64,000 nucleotides of DNA from Alphaproteobacteria bacterium. Its GTDB lineage: Bacteria > Pseudomonadota > Alphaproteobacteria > UBA828. How positions within the stretch are numbered: position 1 is the first letter of the stretch; every line of letters begins with the position of its first letter. This document shows, in pieces, positions 47,003-54,810 of the stretch. Location of the stretch: contig JBFXKW010000001.1 of NCBI GenBank assembly GCA_050173345.1, forward strand, positions 303,911-367,910, given 5' to 3'. Under the pieces are notes generated by a model that saw nothing but the letters and a program-made list of their open reading frames with translations, was not told where the DNA came from and ran no database searches. A program made the translations under genes and the position numbers.

Positions 47003-47031
47003 CTCGAAGCGGCGTGCTTCCCTTTTTGATC

Positions 47032-47118
47032 GGATGGGTGGCCGAGCGGTTTAAGGCACCGGTCTTGAAAACCGGCGTGGGTGCAAGCCCACCGTGGGTT
47101 CGAATCCCACCCCATCCG
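47032..47118 (+). tRNA. tRNA-Ser (anticodon UGA), class II with long variable arm
   Basis: Acceptor GGATGGG/CCCATCC, anticodon stem CCGGT/ACCGG with loop CTTGAAA, a long variable arm, T-arm GTGGG-TTCGAAT-CCCAC, discriminator G. Confidence 0.88.
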
Positions 47119-47265
47119 CCGGAAGCTCCTGTGGTCCGCCGAGGCCACTGCATAGCGCAATTGCCTCAGATCGAACGCCACGATGTGAAGCTCCCCAGGT
47201 GCCGCCCGCGCGGTCCAGCGCGCACATGAACGTTGCGGATCGAACCGTCCGAGGATACAAGCAAA

Positions 47266-47280
47266 TGAGAATAGTTCTCA
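47266..47280 (+). promoter_or_regulatory. iron-responsive operator-like palindrome TGAGAA-TAG-TTCTCA (fits RirA IRO-box TGA-N9-TCA and resembles the Irr ICE AGAA-N3-TTCT core) upstream of the ECF sigma gene
   Basis: Direct read, about 75 bp upstream of the sigma gene start. Confidence 0.5.
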
Positions 47281-47352
47281 ATTGAGCGAGCAAGCCGATC
47301 CGATGCGCCACGGCTTCCAGCCTCACAAGGAGCGGGGACGACAATCCACGGC

Positions 47353-47850
47353 GTGCCAAACGAACGCAATCTGAACCTCTATATCGCCCACCGGCGCAAG
47401 CTGGTGGAGTACGCGAACGGGATCGTCGGCGATCCCGGGCGGGCGGAGGATATTGTTCAGGACGCCTTCCTCAGATTCTGGTCCGCGGCCAGCGGCCGGC
47501 TTCTCGAAGAACCCGTCGGCTATCTTTATCGGGTCGTCCGCAATCTCGCCGTCGATCGCCGCCGCCAGCTGATGCTCGAAGAGCGGCACATCCGCGGCGG
47601 CGCCGAGGAAATAGCCGCCGACGTTCCCGAGGACATGCCGTCGCCGGAGCGCGCGTTGATCGCTCGCCAGGAGCTGCAACGGGTGATGGACGCGATGGCC
47701 GAGCTGCCCGAGCGCACGCGCATCGCCATGGAAATGCACCGCTTCGGCGGCTGCACCCTGAAGGAAATCGCGGAGCATTTCGGCATCTCCGTCTCCATGG
47801 CCCAGGTTCTGGTGACGGAAGGCGTCCGCCATTGCCAGCGCCGTCTCTAG
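47353..47850 (+). CDS. ECF sigma-70 factor, FecI/FoxI-like
   Basis: 165 aa from a GTG start. Region 2 (IVQDAFLRFW and YLYRVVRNLAVD) and region 4 (TLKEIAEHFGISVSMAQV). Confidence 0.85.
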   Translation: MPNERNLNLYIAHRRKLVEYANGIVGDPGRAEDIVQDAFLRFWSAASGRLLEEPVGYLYRVVRNLAVDRRRQLMLEERHIRGGAEEIAADVPEDMPSPERALIARQELQRVMDAMAELPERTRIAMEMHRFGGCTLKEIAEHFGISVSMAQVLVTEGVRHCQRRL

Positions 47851-47986
47851 TCGCGGTGCATGATGCCGGCTCTTCATTGGAAACGATCGTCCGCCATGCG
47901 TTTATTGACTAGGGAGCCTTCCTCATCCGTGTTTGGTCGGACGGTGAGCGCGACCTCCCGAGACGGGCACGGCCCAAGGGAGTGGC

Positions 47987-49036
47987 ATGACAACATCGCC
48001 GCAATCCGACCGTGAACGGGCCGAGGACGAAGCGGCGACCTGGCTCGTTCTTCTGTCCGACGCTCCCGACGATGCCGCGTTGCGCGCCCGTTTTGACGCC
48101 TGGCACGCCGCCAGCGACCTGAACGCCGAAATCTGGGCGCGCACCAGCCGCGCCTACGACCTAGTCGGCAAGGGGACGCCTCGGCACGAGGAGCATTGGG
48201 CGTCCTATGCCATCGGACGGGACACCGCCCGGTCGCTGCCGCGTGCGCGTCGTTCTTTTCGCGGTCCGCGGCGGCAAGGCGCACGTTTTTGGCGATGGCC
48301 TGTCTTCACGCCGTGGCGGCTCGGCGTCGGGATCGGCGCGGCGGCGCTCGCCGCCCTGCTGCTAATCGTGATCCTGCCGGGCGTATTGCTGCGCATGGAG
48401 GCCGACGCGGTGACGGCGACCGCGGAGCTGCGCACCATGACTTTGGAGGACGGCACGCGCGTCCAGCTCGCGCCGGAGAGCGCCATCGACGTGGCCTTCG
48501 CGGCCGACGAGCGCCGCGTCCGGCTGCTGAAAGGCGATGTCTTCTTCGAGGTGACGCCAGACCGCGCGCGGCCCTTTCGCGTCGTTGCCGGTGAGACCCT
48601 CACCACCGTGCTCGGGACGGCCTTCGAGGTGCGGCGCGGCGAGGACGGCGCTGCGGTGACGGTCCGGCACGGCCATGTCCGCGTCGAGGACGACAGCACC
48701 ACGCCGCGCACCTCGGAAGAGTTGCGCGACGGCGACTGGGTGCGCGTGACCTGGCGCGGCACGGCCGTGCGCGGCAGCGCGCAGGCGGACGAGATCGCCG
48801 ACTGGGTGCGCGGCGAGCTGGTGGCAAGGGATCGCCCGGCCGGCGAGGTCGTGGCCGCGCTGCGGCCCTACTACAAGGGGGCTATCGTGGTGCGGGACGA
48901 CGCCTTCGCAGGCCGGCACGTCAGCGGCATCTACGACCTGCGTGATCCCGTGAAGACCCTGCGCGATCTGGCCGCCTCCCATGGCGCCGCCGTGCGGCAG
49001 ATTACACCCTGGCTTCTCGTCGTCACGGCCGAATAG
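47987..49036 (+). CDS. FecR/FoxR-family anti-sigma/sensor protein
   Basis: 349 aa with an N-terminal anti-sigma region (AATWLVLL), a TM helix and a periplasmic FecR domain. Confidence 0.8.
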   Translation: MTTSPQSDRERAEDEAATWLVLLSDAPDDAALRARFDAWHAASDLNAEIWARTSRAYDLVGKGTPRHEEHWASYAIGRDTARSLPRARRSFRGPRRQGARFWRWPVFTPWRLGVGIGAAALAALLLIVILPGVLLRMEADAVTATAELRTMTLEDGTRVQLAPESAIDVAFAADERRVRLLKGDVFFEVTPDRARPFRVVAGETLTTVLGTAFEVRRGEDGAAVTVRHGHVRVEDDSTTPRTSEELRDGDWVRVTWRGTAVRGSAQADEIADWVRGELVARDRPAGEVVAALRPYYKGAIVVRDDAFAGRHVSGIYDLRDPVKTLRDLAASHGAAVRQITPWLLVVTAE

Positions 49037-49212
49037 CGGCCGGGGGCCCGCGATTTATTCCCGTTCTTCAATAGCCTGGAGCGATCCGCAAAAAAGTTTC
49101 CCCGATCCATTGGAAGTGGCCGACGGCCATCCGTTTGTTGAATAGAAGGGTGCGGTTGCGTCGCATTCGCATAAACACCCCGCCATTCGACTGATGGATT
49201 GAGGGGGAACTG

Positions 49213-51705
49213 ATGCTGCATTTGCGTTCGGCTGCCCGCCCTGACCGGGCGTGCGCTATCGGCCTCGCGGCCCTGATGATGACCACGGCCCTGACGGCGA
49301 TCGTGCCCGCGACACCGGCCTACGCCCAGGCGTCGACCGAAGCCGCCCAGCGCAGCTTCGATATCCCGAGCCAGCCGTTGACCGAGGCGCTCATCCAGTT
49401 CGGTCGGCAGGCCGGGCTTCAGGCATCCGCGGACGCCGCGCTCATGCAGAACCTGCGCAGCGCGCCCGTGCGCGGGACGATGACATGGCAGCAAGCGCTG
49501 ACAACGCTGCTGGCCGGCACCGGGCTGACCTGGCGACTCAACGGGTCGATGGTGGCGCTGGAGAAGCCGCCGCAGAGCGGCGACGGCACGATCATGCTCA
49601 ACCCGATAACGGTGGAGGGCCGGGCGAGCCCGTCGCAAACAACGGTGCTTGGCAACTTGCCACCGCCTTATGCGGGCGGACAGGTGGCCACCGGCGGACA
49701 GCTCGGCATGCTCGGCAACAAGGACGTGATGGACACGCCGTTCTCGCAGACCAGCTACACGAACAAGACGATTCAAGATCAGCAAGCGCGGACCGTTCAG
49801 GATGTTCTATTGAATGATCCGTCCATACTGACGAAACAAAACGGCGCGAGCGACGAAGACGGCTCAATAAATATCCGGGGCTTCCGGACCGCCCTGTCAT
49901 CCGGTTCCGGTAGTCTGAACGGGTTGGCGGGCATGTCTCCGTTGCGTTCGCCGGACATGGATTACGTCGAGCGCGTCGAGGTGCTTAGGGGGCCGAGCGC
50001 TCTGCTGAACGGCATGGCGGCATCCGGGGCAGGCGGTCCCGGCGGCTCGTACAACCTCGTCACCAAGCAGGCCGGCGACGAACCGGTCACCGAGCTGACC
50101 GCGCGGTATGGTTCCCTCTCGCAGCTTGGCGCTCATTTCGATGTCGGCCGCCGCTTCGGCGCGGAGAAGCAGTTCGGCATTCGCGTCAACGGAGCGTACC
50201 GCGAGGGCGATACGGCGGTGGAACCGATCTCCGCAGAAGTGGGATCGGCGGCGATCAATCTGGACTATCGCGGCGAGCGCGTCCGGGTATCCGCTGATAT
50301 CGCGCATCAGTCGAACGACGCCAGCCCTCAGAATATACAGCAGCTCGTTGTTAGCGGTGTCGGCGGCGGCGTCGTCTTCGTTCCGAAGGCTCCCGACGCC
50401 GGAACCAGCCTCAATCCCGTGTGGAGCGAACAACCCAGCAGCTTGACGCTAGGCATGGTGCGGGGCGAACTCGACATTACCGACAATGTCACGGCCTATG
50501 CCGCCATCGGCAAGCAGAAATTGGATTTCACGCTCATAGGCCCGAGCCAACCGAAGCTGCTCGATACGAGCGGAACTTATGGGTGGAGTAACGTCGAGCA
50601 CTCGAATTTTGCCTATGACGTGCTGTCCATGCAGGGCGGATTGAGGGCGACAGCGACGACCGGGCCGGTGGACCATGCCGTCAGCCTCAACCTGTCGCGG
50701 TCCGAGATGGAGACTGGAGAGGCGGGAAGGACAAGCCCATTTACCTACACCACGAACATCTACAATCCGATATTCGGCCCCGCTCCGTTCATCGCTGATC
50801 CTGGCGATCCGAAGAAAACAAGCGAAAGCCGCGTTTCCAGCACCGGCATCGCCGATACCTTGTCGATCCTCGACGAGCGGGTCCAGTTCACCGCAGGCAT
50901 CCGCTACCAGGAAGTGGAAGCCAGCAATTTCAACACGACGACCGGCGCCAAAACCTCCAGCTACGAGAGCGACGCATGGACTCCGGCTCTTGGGTTGGTC
51001 GTCAAGCCATGGGAGAACGTCTCACTCTACGCCAACTATATAGAAGATCTGCAGCGGGGAACCATCGCCGGCACACAGTATGCGAATGCTGGCGAGGTAT
51101 TTCCGCCCTATGTCAGCAAGCAGTACGAAGCGGGCGTCAAGGTCGACTGGGGAACGGTGACGACGACGCTGGCGGCGTTCCAGATCGCCCAACCCAACAC
51201 GGTCAGCATTGCCGGCACGCCGAAGCCGACGCTGGCGCTCGACGGCGAGGTACGCAATCGCGGTATCGAGCTGAACGCCTATGGCGAGGTCATGTCTAGC
51301 GTTCGCCTGATGGGTGGCGTCACCCTGATCGACGCCCAACAGACGAAGACCCAGGGTGGTCTCTATGACGGCAACCGGCCAGACGGCGTCCCAGTCGTCC
51401 GGACTGTGGTCGGCGGCGAGTGGGATATGCCGTTCCTGCAAGGCCTGACGCTGACCGGCCGCGTCACCTACACCGGCGATCAAGTGGCCAGCAGCAACAA
51501 CGAGAACTTGAAGATCCCTTCATGGGAGGTCGTCGATCTCGGTGCACGTTATGTCCTCGACTCGCCATGGAACGACGAGCCGATCACGCTCCGCTTCAGT
51601 GTCGATAACGTGTTCGACAAGGACTATTGGTCGGGAACGAACTTAAGGTATATCCAGCTCGGCGCGCCGCGCACCTTCTGGCTTTCGGCAACCGTAGAAT
51701 TCTGA
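49213..51705 (+). CDS. TonB-dependent siderophore receptor with N-terminal STN signalling domain (FecA/FoxA-like)
   Basis: 830 aa with a signal peptide, an STN domain (FDIPSQPLTEALIQFGRQAGL), a plug, a beta-barrel and a C-terminal aromatic residue. Confidence 0.9.
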   Translation: MLHLRSAARPDRACAIGLAALMMTTALTAIVPATPAYAQASTEAAQRSFDIPSQPLTEALIQFGRQAGLQASADAALMQNLRSAPVRGTMTWQQALTTLLAGTGLTWRLNGSMVALEKPPQSGDGTIMLNPITVEGRASPSQTTVLGNLPPPYAGGQVATGGQLGMLGNKDVMDTPFSQTSYTNKTIQDQQARTVQDVLLNDPSILTKQNGASDEDGSINIRGFRTALSSGSGSLNGLAGMSPLRSPDMDYVERVEVLRGPSALLNGMAASGAGGPGGSYNLVTKQAGDEPVTELTARYGSLSQLGAHFDVGRRFGAEKQFGIRVNGAYREGDTAVEPISAEVGSAAINLDYRGERVRVSADIAHQSNDASPQNIQQLVVSGVGGGVVFVPKAPDAGTSLNPVWSEQPSSLTLGMVRGELDITDNVTAYAAIGKQKLDFTLIGPSQPKLLDTSGTYGWSNVEHSNFAYDVLSMQGGLRATATTGPVDHAVSLNLSRSEMETGEAGRTSPFTYTTNIYNPIFGPAPFIADPGDPKKTSESRVSSTGIADTLSILDERVQFTAGIRYQEVEASNFNTTTGAKTSSYESDAWTPALGLVVKPWENVSLYANYIEDLQRGTIAGTQYANAGEVFPPYVSKQYEAGVKVDWGTVTTTLAAFQIAQPNTVSIAGTPKPTLALDGEVRNRGIELNAYGEVMSSVRLMGGVTLIDAQQTKTQGGLYDGNRPDGVPVVRTVVGGEWDMPFLQGLTLTGRVTYTGDQVASSNNENLKIPSWEVVDLGARYVLDSPWNDEPITLRFSVDNVFDKDYWSGTNLRYIQLGAPRTFWLSATVEF

Positions 51706-51708
51706 GCT

Positions 51709-51975
51709 ATGGTCGTATTTCTAGCGCTGGCGCTGACCATAGCCGGTTGTGTATGCCTTTACCTCGCCAGCCCCAATCAAAAGTGGCTGGCGCAGGCTCC
51801 TCCCGGAAAGGCTCTGCTCGTGGCGGGGGGTGTGCTGTTGGCGGCTGGCCTTGCCGCATGGATCGCGGCATTGCGGCCCTTGGCTGGCTTCTTCGTAGCG
51901 CTGCATGTTGCGATGGTTTGTCTCTTCGTCTTTCCTTATTCGGCCGCTCTCCGCAGCTTTGGGCGGAAGAATTGA
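51709..51975 (+). CDS. DUF3325-like small membrane protein
   Basis: 88 aa with 3 TM helices. Found in the typical position after a TonB receptor and before a PepSY gene. Confidence 0.55.
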   Translation: MVVFLALALTIAGCVCLYLASPNQKWLAQAPPGKALLVAGGVLLAAGLAAWIAALRPLAGFFVALHVAMVCLFVFPYSAALRSFGRKN

Positions 51976-51976
51976 C

Positions 51977-52270
51977 ATGCCAGGCGACATCCGTCCCGAC
52001 TGGTGGGGCAAGGCCAGCGCTGGGGCTATCCTCGGGCTAGGCCTCGCGCTCTCGCTGGTCGGCCTCTACGCCTATCTGGGGCCGGGGGGCATAGATGCGC
52101 CGGGTGGGCGCTACTCGCTGATGCGCTATCTGGAAGTGTTCGTCTGGATCGCGGTGTTCGGCTTCTGCTTCCTGTTTCGCAGCGGGCGCGCCGCTTGGGC
52201 GTGGCTCGGCGCGGCGAACCTCATCGCCTTCGCGGCGCTGTTTGCCTGTCGCTTCTACTTCTTCGCGTGA
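51977..52270 (+). CDS. small integral membrane protein (DUF3649-like), 97 aa
   Basis: ATG overlapping the previous stop (TGACATG). WW-containing N-terminus and 3 TM helices. Confidence 0.5.
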   Translation: MPGDIRPDWWGKASAGAILGLGLALSLVGLYAYLGPGGIDAPGGRYSLMRYLEVFVWIAVFGFCFLFRSGRAAWAWLGAANLIAFAALFACRFYFFA

Positions 52271-52277
52271 GGGCGAC

Positions 52278-52430
52278 ATGATCCGCGCCGATGTCGTCAG
52301 GCTCTACAAGACCGTTCATACATGGACCGGCATTACTTGCGGCTTTGCGCTGTTCATCGCCTTCTATGCGGGCGCGCTCACCATGTTTCAGGAGCCCATA
52401 GCACGCTGGGCGTCGCCGCGGCGATTGTAG
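52278..52430 (+). pseudogene. 5' fragment of PepSY-associated TM helix protein gene (FoxB-like siderophore-iron reductase family), truncated by IS insertion
   Basis: Starts MIRADVVRLYKTVHTWTGITCGFALFIAFYAGALTMFQEPIARWASP and then runs into the IS inverted repeat. Stop after 50 codons. Confidence 0.75.
52412..52419. repeat. 8-bp target site duplication GTCGCCGC (left copy)
   Basis: An identical octamer sits at 54811..54818 immediately outside the right inverted repeat. Confidence 0.7.
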
Positions 52431-52525
52431 CGTTGACAAACCCACATCGAGTGGTTGGGTGATGTTCAGTGGTTGTCAACCAACGCTTGATAGGAGCTAG
52501 CTGGCACCGCAATATGCGATGCAAT

Positions 52526-52572
52526 CTGACTAGCGAATCGCCGAGCGAATCGCCGAGCGAATCGCTAGTCAG
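52526..52572. repeat. palindrome containing three direct 12-bp repeats of GCGAATCGCC(GA) (iteron/operator-like)
   Basis: Direct read: ctgactagcgaatcgccgagcgaatcgccgagcgaatcgctagtcag. Confidence 0.6.
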
Positions 52573-52597
52573 ATCACGGTATGTGCGGTGAGAGAAG

Positions 52598-52681
52598 TGG
52601 CCCCGGCGGGATTCGAACCCGCAATCCCGGGAAGGAGGGCGATCCCAGATCGCCTGCGGTTACCAGTTTCGCCACGGGGCC
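52598..52681 (-). ncRNA. tRNA-like structure (cloverleaf with anticodon UGG/Pro, C at position 33, 3-bp D-stem, 15-nt class-II-type variable arm); probable pseudo-tRNA or tRNA-derived element inside the IS cargo
   Basis: Minus strand: acceptor GGCCCCG/CGGGGCC, anticodon stem GGCGA/TCGCC with loop TCTGGGA, variable arm TCC-TTCCCG-GGA, T-arm GCGGG-TTCGAAT-CCCGC, discriminator A, no CCA. Confidence 0.35.
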
Positions 52682-52683
52682 AT

Positions 52684-52730
52684 AGAGAGAAAAAGGCCTG
52701 CCACGCCTTTCCAGGGGATCGTGGCAGGCC
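52684..52730 (-). terminator. rho-independent terminator-like hairpin (11-bp stem ggcctgccacg/cgtggcaggcc, 14-nt loop) followed by T-run on the minus strand, immediately 5' of the tRNA-like element
   Basis: Direct read. Reverse complement gives ...cgtggcaggccTTTTTCTCTCT. Confidence 0.45.
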
Positions 52731-52816
52731 CAGTTCAAGGCTAGGTCACTGCCCACTTTCGGGCTGCGAGCGGACTCGGATAAATCCTAGGCCGCCCGAC
52801 TCCGCATGTTAGTACC

Positions 52817-53038
52817 GTGCGGAACTCGGGAACTATGGAGCCGGCCATGTCCAGCCGCAACGGGAATGTTCAGGGAAATAAAGGGAAATTGAGGGAAAAG
52901 GCGCGCTCGGTTGATCGCGCGCCGCCTGATGGACAAACCCGCCGTCGTGCAGAGCCAGTAAGCCTTGCGCCGTTGAAGTTCGAGGAGGCGGTTGGCGGGC
53001 TTCTCAAGGTGAAGCCAGGGCGCCGCAAGCTGGGCTAA
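52817..53038 (+). CDS. small basic hypothetical ORF (73 aa) in IS cargo, immediately upstream of the 260-aa cargo gene
   Basis: GTG start, stop 4 bp before the next start. Basic and low complexity, so coding status is uncertain. Confidence 0.3.
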   Translation: MRNSGTMEPAMSSRNGNVQGNKGKLREKARSVDRAPPDGQTRRRAEPVSLAPLKFEEAVGGLLKVKPGRRKLG

Positions 53039-53042
53039 GCGC

Positions 53043-53825
53043 GTGGCAGACGAGCGGCTGCTTCGGATCGAGCTCAAGAATTCGAAGCCGGTCGAACTTC
53101 TCGACCTGACAAAGAGCCTTTGGGCGCTTGGGCAGGCATACGAGGATTACGTCGCATCAGAGGGCGGCATCACGCCAGAAGGCGGCGTCAAGCTCTACAT
53201 CAAGGAGCTTCGGACCAGCAGCATCATCTCGCTGCTTCAGGAACTCCATGATCAGACGGCATTCCTTTGGGAGCATCGAGATTACCTGAGCCCCTTTCTC
53301 GCTCAGTTCAATGATCTGATTCAATTCTTCCTTTCGGAAACGCCAGCCACCGCGAAGCGAGAACCGACTCGTATTGAAGCCGAGCGCGTTGCGCAGGTTT
53401 TCGAGCCTGTCGCGAAAGATGGCGGGTCACAGCTCATTCTCCAGGTGCAAGGGGACTTGCACATGCCGGTCTACACCTTCAGCGCCGTGCAGGCGAACGC
53501 CGTGCAGAACCAGGTGAGGCGATTCCTAAGCCCGTCGCTCCCGGATCGCCTTGCGTTTCAGCTTGAGCCGATGACGCTCTTTCAGGTTAGGGACGATCCG
53601 AAGAGCCACCACGGCGATCGGGGCGTGATTGAACGGTTCAGCGCCAAAGGTGTTCGGCTGTACTTCTTAAGCGAGGATGCCAAACGAGCGGTTCTCAGCA
53701 AACCTGAGAACCCATTCCATCAGGTGTTCATCGTTGATGGCGAGGTGAAGCTCGCTGGCGGGCGGCCCGCGATCTACTACATTCGGACGGTTCACGATGC
53801 CTTTGACCGTTCCGAACTTGGCTGA
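53043..53825 (+). CDS. hypothetical protein (260 aa), IS cargo gene of unknown function
   Basis: Long ORF with balanced composition and lower GC than the surrounding genome. No recognisable catalytic motif. 3' end overlaps the convergent transposase gene by 34 bp. Confidence 0.5.
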   Translation: MADERLLRIELKNSKPVELLDLTKSLWALGQAYEDYVASEGGITPEGGVKLYIKELRTSSIISLLQELHDQTAFLWEHRDYLSPFLAQFNDLIQFFLSETPATAKREPTRIEAERVAQVFEPVAKDGGSQLILQVQGDLHMPVYTFSAVQANAVQNQVRRFLSPSLPDRLAFQLEPMTLFQVRDDPKSHHGDRGVIERFSAKGVRLYFLSEDAKRAVLSKPENPFHQVFIVDGEVKLAGGRPAIYYIRTVHDAFDRSELG

Positions 53826-54751
53826 GAGTACACAAGCCGCTTGCCTGCCGCCCCCTTGATCGCGCTTAGCGTCCGTTCGCCATCCTTGGCTTTCCGAGAG
53901 TTCCAACGGAACTCGAACTCCCGCAGATAGCGCGGCAAATGCTTCTCGCTGACATGGTGGTAGGAGCCGATCAGGCCACGCTTTAGCAGCGAGTGGTAGG
54001 ACTCGGCGAAGTTGGTATGCAGGATCACGGCGCGAACGTAGTGCTTGGAGTGATCGACGGCGTGGTGAGCCGCAAAGTGCTTATCCAAGCCCTCATAGCT
54101 CATGTGCGCGTCGGTAACGATGGTCGCGGACTTATCGACGATTGGCCGGGCGATCGTCTGTAGGGTCTGCTTTTTCGCGTTCGGGATCACGAAGGTCCGG
54201 GCCTCGCCCTCGCGGTCAACGAGCGTCATAACGGCGACCTTCTTGCCGGCCTTCGCGGTGCGCGCCTTGTGGCGGTTGTTGCTTGCCTTGCCGCCCACAT
54301 ACGTTTCGTCGATTTCGACCACGCCGCCGCCGGAGCCGAGCAGGGAACGCATTGGCTCGGCCTTCATGGCCTCGCGCACGCGATGGCACATGAACCAGGC
54401 GGCCTTGTAAGAGATACCCAACTCGCGCATGAGCTGGTTGGCGGAGACACCCTTGCGCGAGCTGCACATCATGTGGATCGCGTACAGCCACTTGTTGAGC
54501 GGGATATGCGAGTCCTCAAAGATGGTGCCGACGCGCACCGTGAATTGCTTACGGCAAGCGCCGCACTTCTTGAGGCCAAGGCGCTCGCGGCCCTTCTTGT
54601 CCTTCACGCCTTTGAGGACATACACGCGATCAACGGAGCCACAATGCGGACAAACCGGCCCTTCCGGCCACATCTGAGCTTCGATGAACTCAATGGCCGC
54701 AGCTTCGTCGGAGAAGTATCGGGCGAGTTGGATGGTGTTCATGGCGAGCAT
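53792..54751 (-). CDS. IS1595-family transposase
   Basis: 319 aa with an N-terminal zinc-ribbon (CPHCGS...CGAC) and a DDE domain. The similarity is to ISXO2-like/IS1595 transposases (MCSSRKGVSANQLMRELGISYKAAWFMCHRVREAM). Confidence 0.85.
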   Translation of the reverse strand: MLAMNTIQLARYFSDEAAAIEFIEAQMWPEGPVCPHCGSVDRVYVLKGVKDKKGRERLGLKKCGACRKQFTVRVGTIFEDSHIPLNKWLYAIHMMCSSRKGVSANQLMRELGISYKAAWFMCHRVREAMKAEPMRSLLGSGGGVVEIDETYVGGKASNNRHKARTAKAGKKVAVMTLVDREGEARTFVIPNAKKQTLQTIARPIVDKSATIVTDAHMSYEGLDKHFAAHHAVDHSKHYVRAVILHTNFAESYHSLLKRGLIGSYHHVSEKHLPRYLREFEFRWNSRKAKDGERTLSAIKGAAGKRLVYSQPSSERSKAS

Positions 54752-54810
54752 CCCAGTTGATGCCCGAAACCCTACCGGTAGCGGTTGGGTTTGTCAACGA
54801 CATAATCGCC

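Larger units (their letters stand above)
52420..54810 (-). mobile_element. IS1595-family insertion sequence carrying cargo (2391 bp) inserted in the PepSY/FoxB-like gene
   Basis: Terminal imperfect inverted repeats GGCGATTGTAGCGTTGACAAACCCAC (52420-52445) and GGCGATTATGTCGTTGACAAACCCAAC (reverse complement of 54784-54810). 8-bp TSD. Conceptual excision joins ...RWASP to PAVGVAAVPLDD... in frame. Transposase sits at the right end. Confidence 0.75.

Noticed and set aside
47094-47285. 63-aa ORF starting inside tRNA-Ser
   Set aside because: It overlaps the tRNA T-arm and acceptor stem, so it is an artefact.
52432-52481. Possible sub-terminal secondary inverted repeat (gttgacaaaccca ... tggttgtcaac) inside the left IS end
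   Set aside because: The match is imperfect and short. It could be a transposase-binding sub-site, but it is not distinguishable from chance with one copy.
52501-52520. Possible sigma-54 promoter (TGGCAC-N5-..GC) in the IS cargo
   Set aside because: The -12 element does not fit TTGCW at the correct spacing.
52588-52812. 74-aa plus-strand ORF over the tRNA-like element
   Set aside because: It reads through the tRNA-like cloverleaf and the terminator hairpin. Pro/Arg-rich, most likely non-coding.
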